Source: Chromera velia
Lineage: Eukaryota
Direction: 5' to 3'
NCBI GenBank assembly: GCA_018398765.1
Contig: JAHBMJ010000168.1
Span: forward strand, 62,001 to 126,000
DNA: 64,000 nucleotides
Positions within the stretch are counted from its first letter, which is position 1. Every line of letters starts with the position of its first letter. Below the pieces are notes generated by a model. The model did not search any database and was not told the origin of the DNA. It saw nothing but the letters and a program-made list of their open reading frames with translations. Made by a program: the position numbers and the translations under genes. Shown one piece after another: positions 59,896-64,000 of this stretch.

Positions 59896-62800
59896 TGACA
59901 GGGTATGATCGTTTCATGTCTGCTAGGCACTTCAGCTAGTCAGCTTCGCACTGAGTCTCCCTCGTCCACTATTGACTATACCTGTTAAGAGAAAAGCAAA
60001 AGAAACCTGAATGAAGAGGGGCGACGGCTAGGGCCACGGTTTGTTCAGTCGATCGTCATGCGAAACACACGAGGGGAAAGGTCTGGGACGATCGTCAGTC
60101 AAGCACACTAACCAGCCATCCAGAGCCGAGTAAGAGAGAGGGGGGAAGAGAGAGAGATAGAGACTTAGCAATAGGAGTCACAAATCAAGATCTCGCCCTA
60201 TCGCATGACATTGTCTCACTTCTTACCCTTCATTCAGAGGATTCCAAAGAGGCAGAGGGAGGCGAAGAAGAAGAGGAAGAAGAAGAACTTGAAGAAGAAG
60301 AAGAAGAAGACGTCTCGTTGTCTCCCCCCTCGGTCTTGCTCTCCTTTCTGGATGGACCAGGTGAGGTTGAATCAAACGACATTGGAAGGAGAAGGAGGCG
60401 AAGTGGCAGGGGAACAATGTCATCACACCATTGTGGGCAGCCCGATCCAGTCCCAGGAAACCCGGCCGATATATATGCAGACACAAGTGGTCATGCAGGC
60501 ATAAATGTCGGCAGAAAGAAAGCTGACCATGATAAAAAATGTTGAAGACTCGCAGGTCATACCAAGAGGGATGATTGAAGAATCTGAGTTTTCTGCAGAC
60601 ACTATATCTTTTTTGCACTCATTATGAGCAATGCATCTTGCACAGAATTTCGGCTTTCAGTATAGTACGGACAAAGAACTAAACCAAATGAGAACGTGCA
60701 CCCAACAACAGAGATCGACGCAGCCGTTAGGCAAAAGGTGCATGTGTAAAAGAGGATGTGTTTCCCATGCGCAGTGCAGCCCCACTCCCAACCCCTCCGC
60801 GACTCTCCCTTCAGTCGATCGAATGAACGAAGGACGAAGTACAGTGAAGCGGCCTATACCTACAACCAGAGGACACCGACAGCATACGGACTCCCGATTG
60901 TCTGGACCGGGCCTCGCTACTGCAAAGCGCCCCCCCACCCCCAAGCGGATGCCCCGATAGTGGACCGACCATGCATGCATGCAGAGAATTAAGTAAACGC
61001 CCCAAAACAAAAAGAGTTTCACTTGTGCCTTTCGAAGACTCACCCACTGATATTCACTTATGCGGGTAGGCAGTTTGATCAATTGGTGACTGGCTCCCTG
61101 CACGCTCGATCGATTTCACAAGGAAGCGAGGAGAACAGATATTCTATAATAATTTGAGAAACATATGCAGGAACTGACCGCGTTTCGATGATCTTTGGGT
61201 CAATGTGGGGGCGCTGCACGGAAAAAGCGCATAAATCAGTGAAAGAAGGTATTTGTTTCATTAAATTTGGTCAGAAAATTGATTTTCATTAACACAAAAC
61301 TCACAGATAAGGATACAAGCAATGGCCAGCCTGAGGGGGATCAATGATATGAGAGCAGAAGATACAAACTCTTTGGACCGAACACCCCCCTCAATTCTTA
61401 TAGAGCAAACATAACAGAAGGTAAACGCTCTGAGAGCAGAAATTTGATCCGAGGCAGATTTCTCTACCCCACCAACTTGAAGCATCCCCACTGACTTTGG
61501 TTCTGTAGATGAGCTTCTGGGTCTCTGCCCAAGAGAGAGCAGCGATGGAAGAGAACGTGCTGTTTTCATCAGGGACCCCCCCGGGATAACCAGAACTTGT
61601 CGGCCTAGGGATAACCAGAACTCTGGTCCCTGTCGAATCAACAGTCCGAGTAGGCAAGCGAGCGTTCCATGAATAAAGACGATCGATCGAGAGACTTGGG
61701 CACAGGGGAGAGAGTGCAAACGTAACACATATAGAGAAAGAGGGGTGTCCAACCACACTTGCTCTCCAAGTCTACGTCTTTCATCGAAAGTATCTTTCTT
61801 GCAGGACTGATATCTACATGCTCTCAAAGATGATGGCACATGCATGTAAATTTATTGACAGAGCACTGCCTCAATCGGCCGACCTTCTACTGACCTCTGT
61901 TCTGCGAAGATGGTTTCGGAGGAGCAGGAGAAAGGATGGCCGGAAGGATTAATGAGCCTCGCCGCTGAAGTCCATGGTGCACCTGCCCTTGTCTCTGTCT
62001 CTGTGCTGCGGGTGCGGGGGGCTGCAGTCGGCTGTTCGGGTCGTGGGTGTGGCTGTTGTCGGCGTACAGCGGCGGCATGTCGAACGGGGCGGGGGTGAAG
62101 GTGTTGTTGGGTTGTGAGGACTGCGACTGGGACTGGGACTGAGTGGAGACCACTGAGGCTGTGCCCTTGGATCTGTGGAGCACAAAGAGCGAAGGGGGGC
62201 AGGAGGATTGCGTAAACGAACACTCTAGCTGCCAAAGTGACTGATGTGCGAAGCTACAAAAGTGCAATAAGGAGAAGAGAAAACAGGAGGATTACCTAGA
62301 GGATTGCACGGGAGTTGGAGCCATCACTGGCGCGAGACATTCTAAAAGCAAGGAAAACTGACATGACAGTAGGTTTGATCGCGGGCTTGGACTGCTCGGA
62401 GGCGGTGACATCCGTCACTCTGTCTGCACAACCAGAAGCGGGCAAGCAAGGAGCCGCAGGAAGAGATACTGTATGATCGACATGTGACGACACAAAAGAG
62501 AGAAAAGGGATCAAACGAAGAAAAAAAAAGAGTCACAGGGAGAATGAGCTTGCAAAAAGATACACTGTACTTGAATGGAGGGGAATTCAATATAGAGCGA
62601 AAGCGTTTCTCATGTCTGCATGCAGCTGCTTTGACAAAACATCCAAAAATGATATACCGTGCAGCTTTAGTCCCATAACGGTCTCAATTGCCGTGATAAT
62701 ATGGTTTTCCACACTCCTGGGGGGTGCGGGGAAGGGTGCGTTCACGTGTCCTATCCAGAATTCCTAAATCGTGTACAGCCACCATTGCGTGTCCTTGAGG

Positions 62801-62929
62801 GGATCGCACTCTCCCGGATCAGTGGAACAGATGAGGTGCAGCTGTTTTACATCGTCTGTTTCTGACTGCTCTGCTTGTGCGCCTGCTACCGTTCTTGCGG
62901 CCTCGAGAATATGCAGAGAAAGATGCATT

Positions 62930-63005
62930 NNNNNNNNNNNNNNNNNNNNNNNNNNNNNNNNNNNNNNNNNNNNNNNNNNNNNNNNNNNNNNNNNNNNNNN
63001 NNNNN
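62930..63005. other. Assembly gap
   Basis: Run of N. Confidence 1.
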
Positions 63006-64000
63006 GGGTCCCTTGTCTGGCAAACCCGAAGCCACCCCACAACCCGCTGCAAAGTGCGGTCCGACGCGAGCGCGCACCCGCCTGTCATGCTGCCAAGGAA
63101 GGAAGTCGATCGGGAGCTCTCTGTCTGACAATAAAGAAACGCAGAAGGCGACCCCAACGCATCCACACGCGGAGGCTCAAAAAGAGGTGGACGAACAGCA
63201 TGCACGGCACAAAGCCTAAAACTTCTTTAGCGCCTCTCCGGGCGTGTAAAGCCTGAAAAGTGGATGCTCGGTCGGCCATGCATGCAAAAAACAAAAAAAC
63301 AAAAAAAAGAAAAGAAAACACGTACGCAGATGTCGCTCGATCGGGTGCATGTGCGCGCACGGCGTGCACCACGCAGGAGGCCATATATAGCTATAGGTAT
63401 TCTTACTAATAAACAAACTCTTTTTACGTATGTGTGACATGACTGCCTGGCTGGGTGTTCGCGCGCGCAACGCGCGATCAGCTTGTCGAGCTGATTGCAT
63501 ATGCAAACACCTGCAGACTGTTTCTATTCATTCATGCATGCATCTGTTCATCTGAAAAGTGCTCAGTAAGGGTGGCAGAGAGGCAACCATCAAATAAACA
63601 AACATTCAAACCATGATCCTGGCGATTTGTCCGGACGAAGCCACTTGATTTCAGGTCAAAAATGGCTTGTTTTTTTGTGTAGAAAGGTGTAGAGGAGGCC
63701 GCTTTTCGCTGAGCAAGGGGGGGGAGACGGCGGCTGTGCCACCGTCATGGGTCTTTGTCTTGCGCCTCAGCTCGGAGAAATTTGAAGAAAACATGCAATG
63801 CACAACACAAAGAAGGCAAGAGGGAAAGCGTAAGCAAGGTAGATAGACGATAACCAAGTGGTTTCTCTTTTAAAGAGGAGTGCTTGGATGAGAGTGACTC
63901 CACATGGACGCATGCATGCACTTGCCTGTCTGCAGGTACCCAACCCTTCAGGCTGCCAGTCTTTTGGTTGACTGACAGCCGGTCAGGCATATAAATATTC

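Noticed and set aside
60200..64000. Possible minus-strand exons
   Set aside because: No recognisable domain, in-frame stops and a gap prevent a consistent gene model.

Overview
Eukaryotic nuclear DNA with GT-AG introns and abundant TG/TC/TTTC/GGAT microsatellites. The style resembles an alveolate such as a chromerid, but I cannot confirm the organism. Intact host genes are a prefoldin beta subunit, a PARP-fold protein with degenerate catalytic residues, a histidine acid phosphatase, a SERCA-type Ca2+-ATPase and a probable chromodomain protein. They alternate with blocks of decayed foreign DNA: a >12 kb 3'-truncated Ty1/copia-type LTR retrotransposon with two tandem 5' LTRs, two further LTR copies, a 1.7 kb TIR element, a hAT-like transposase relic, and a ~4 kb intronless same-strand gene cluster resembling a giant-virus (NCLDV) insert. 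Three signals stand out. (1) C>T/G>A hypermutation, rich in CpA and CpG contexts, appears confined to repeat blocks (RIP-like or methylation-driven). (2) All LTR loci sit 0.6-0.8 kb from a host CDS end, behind an AT-rich border, and point away from the gene. (3) The viral-like island carries a 13-bp 3' hairpin. Most short ORFs in the supplied track are microsatellite or antisense artefacts.
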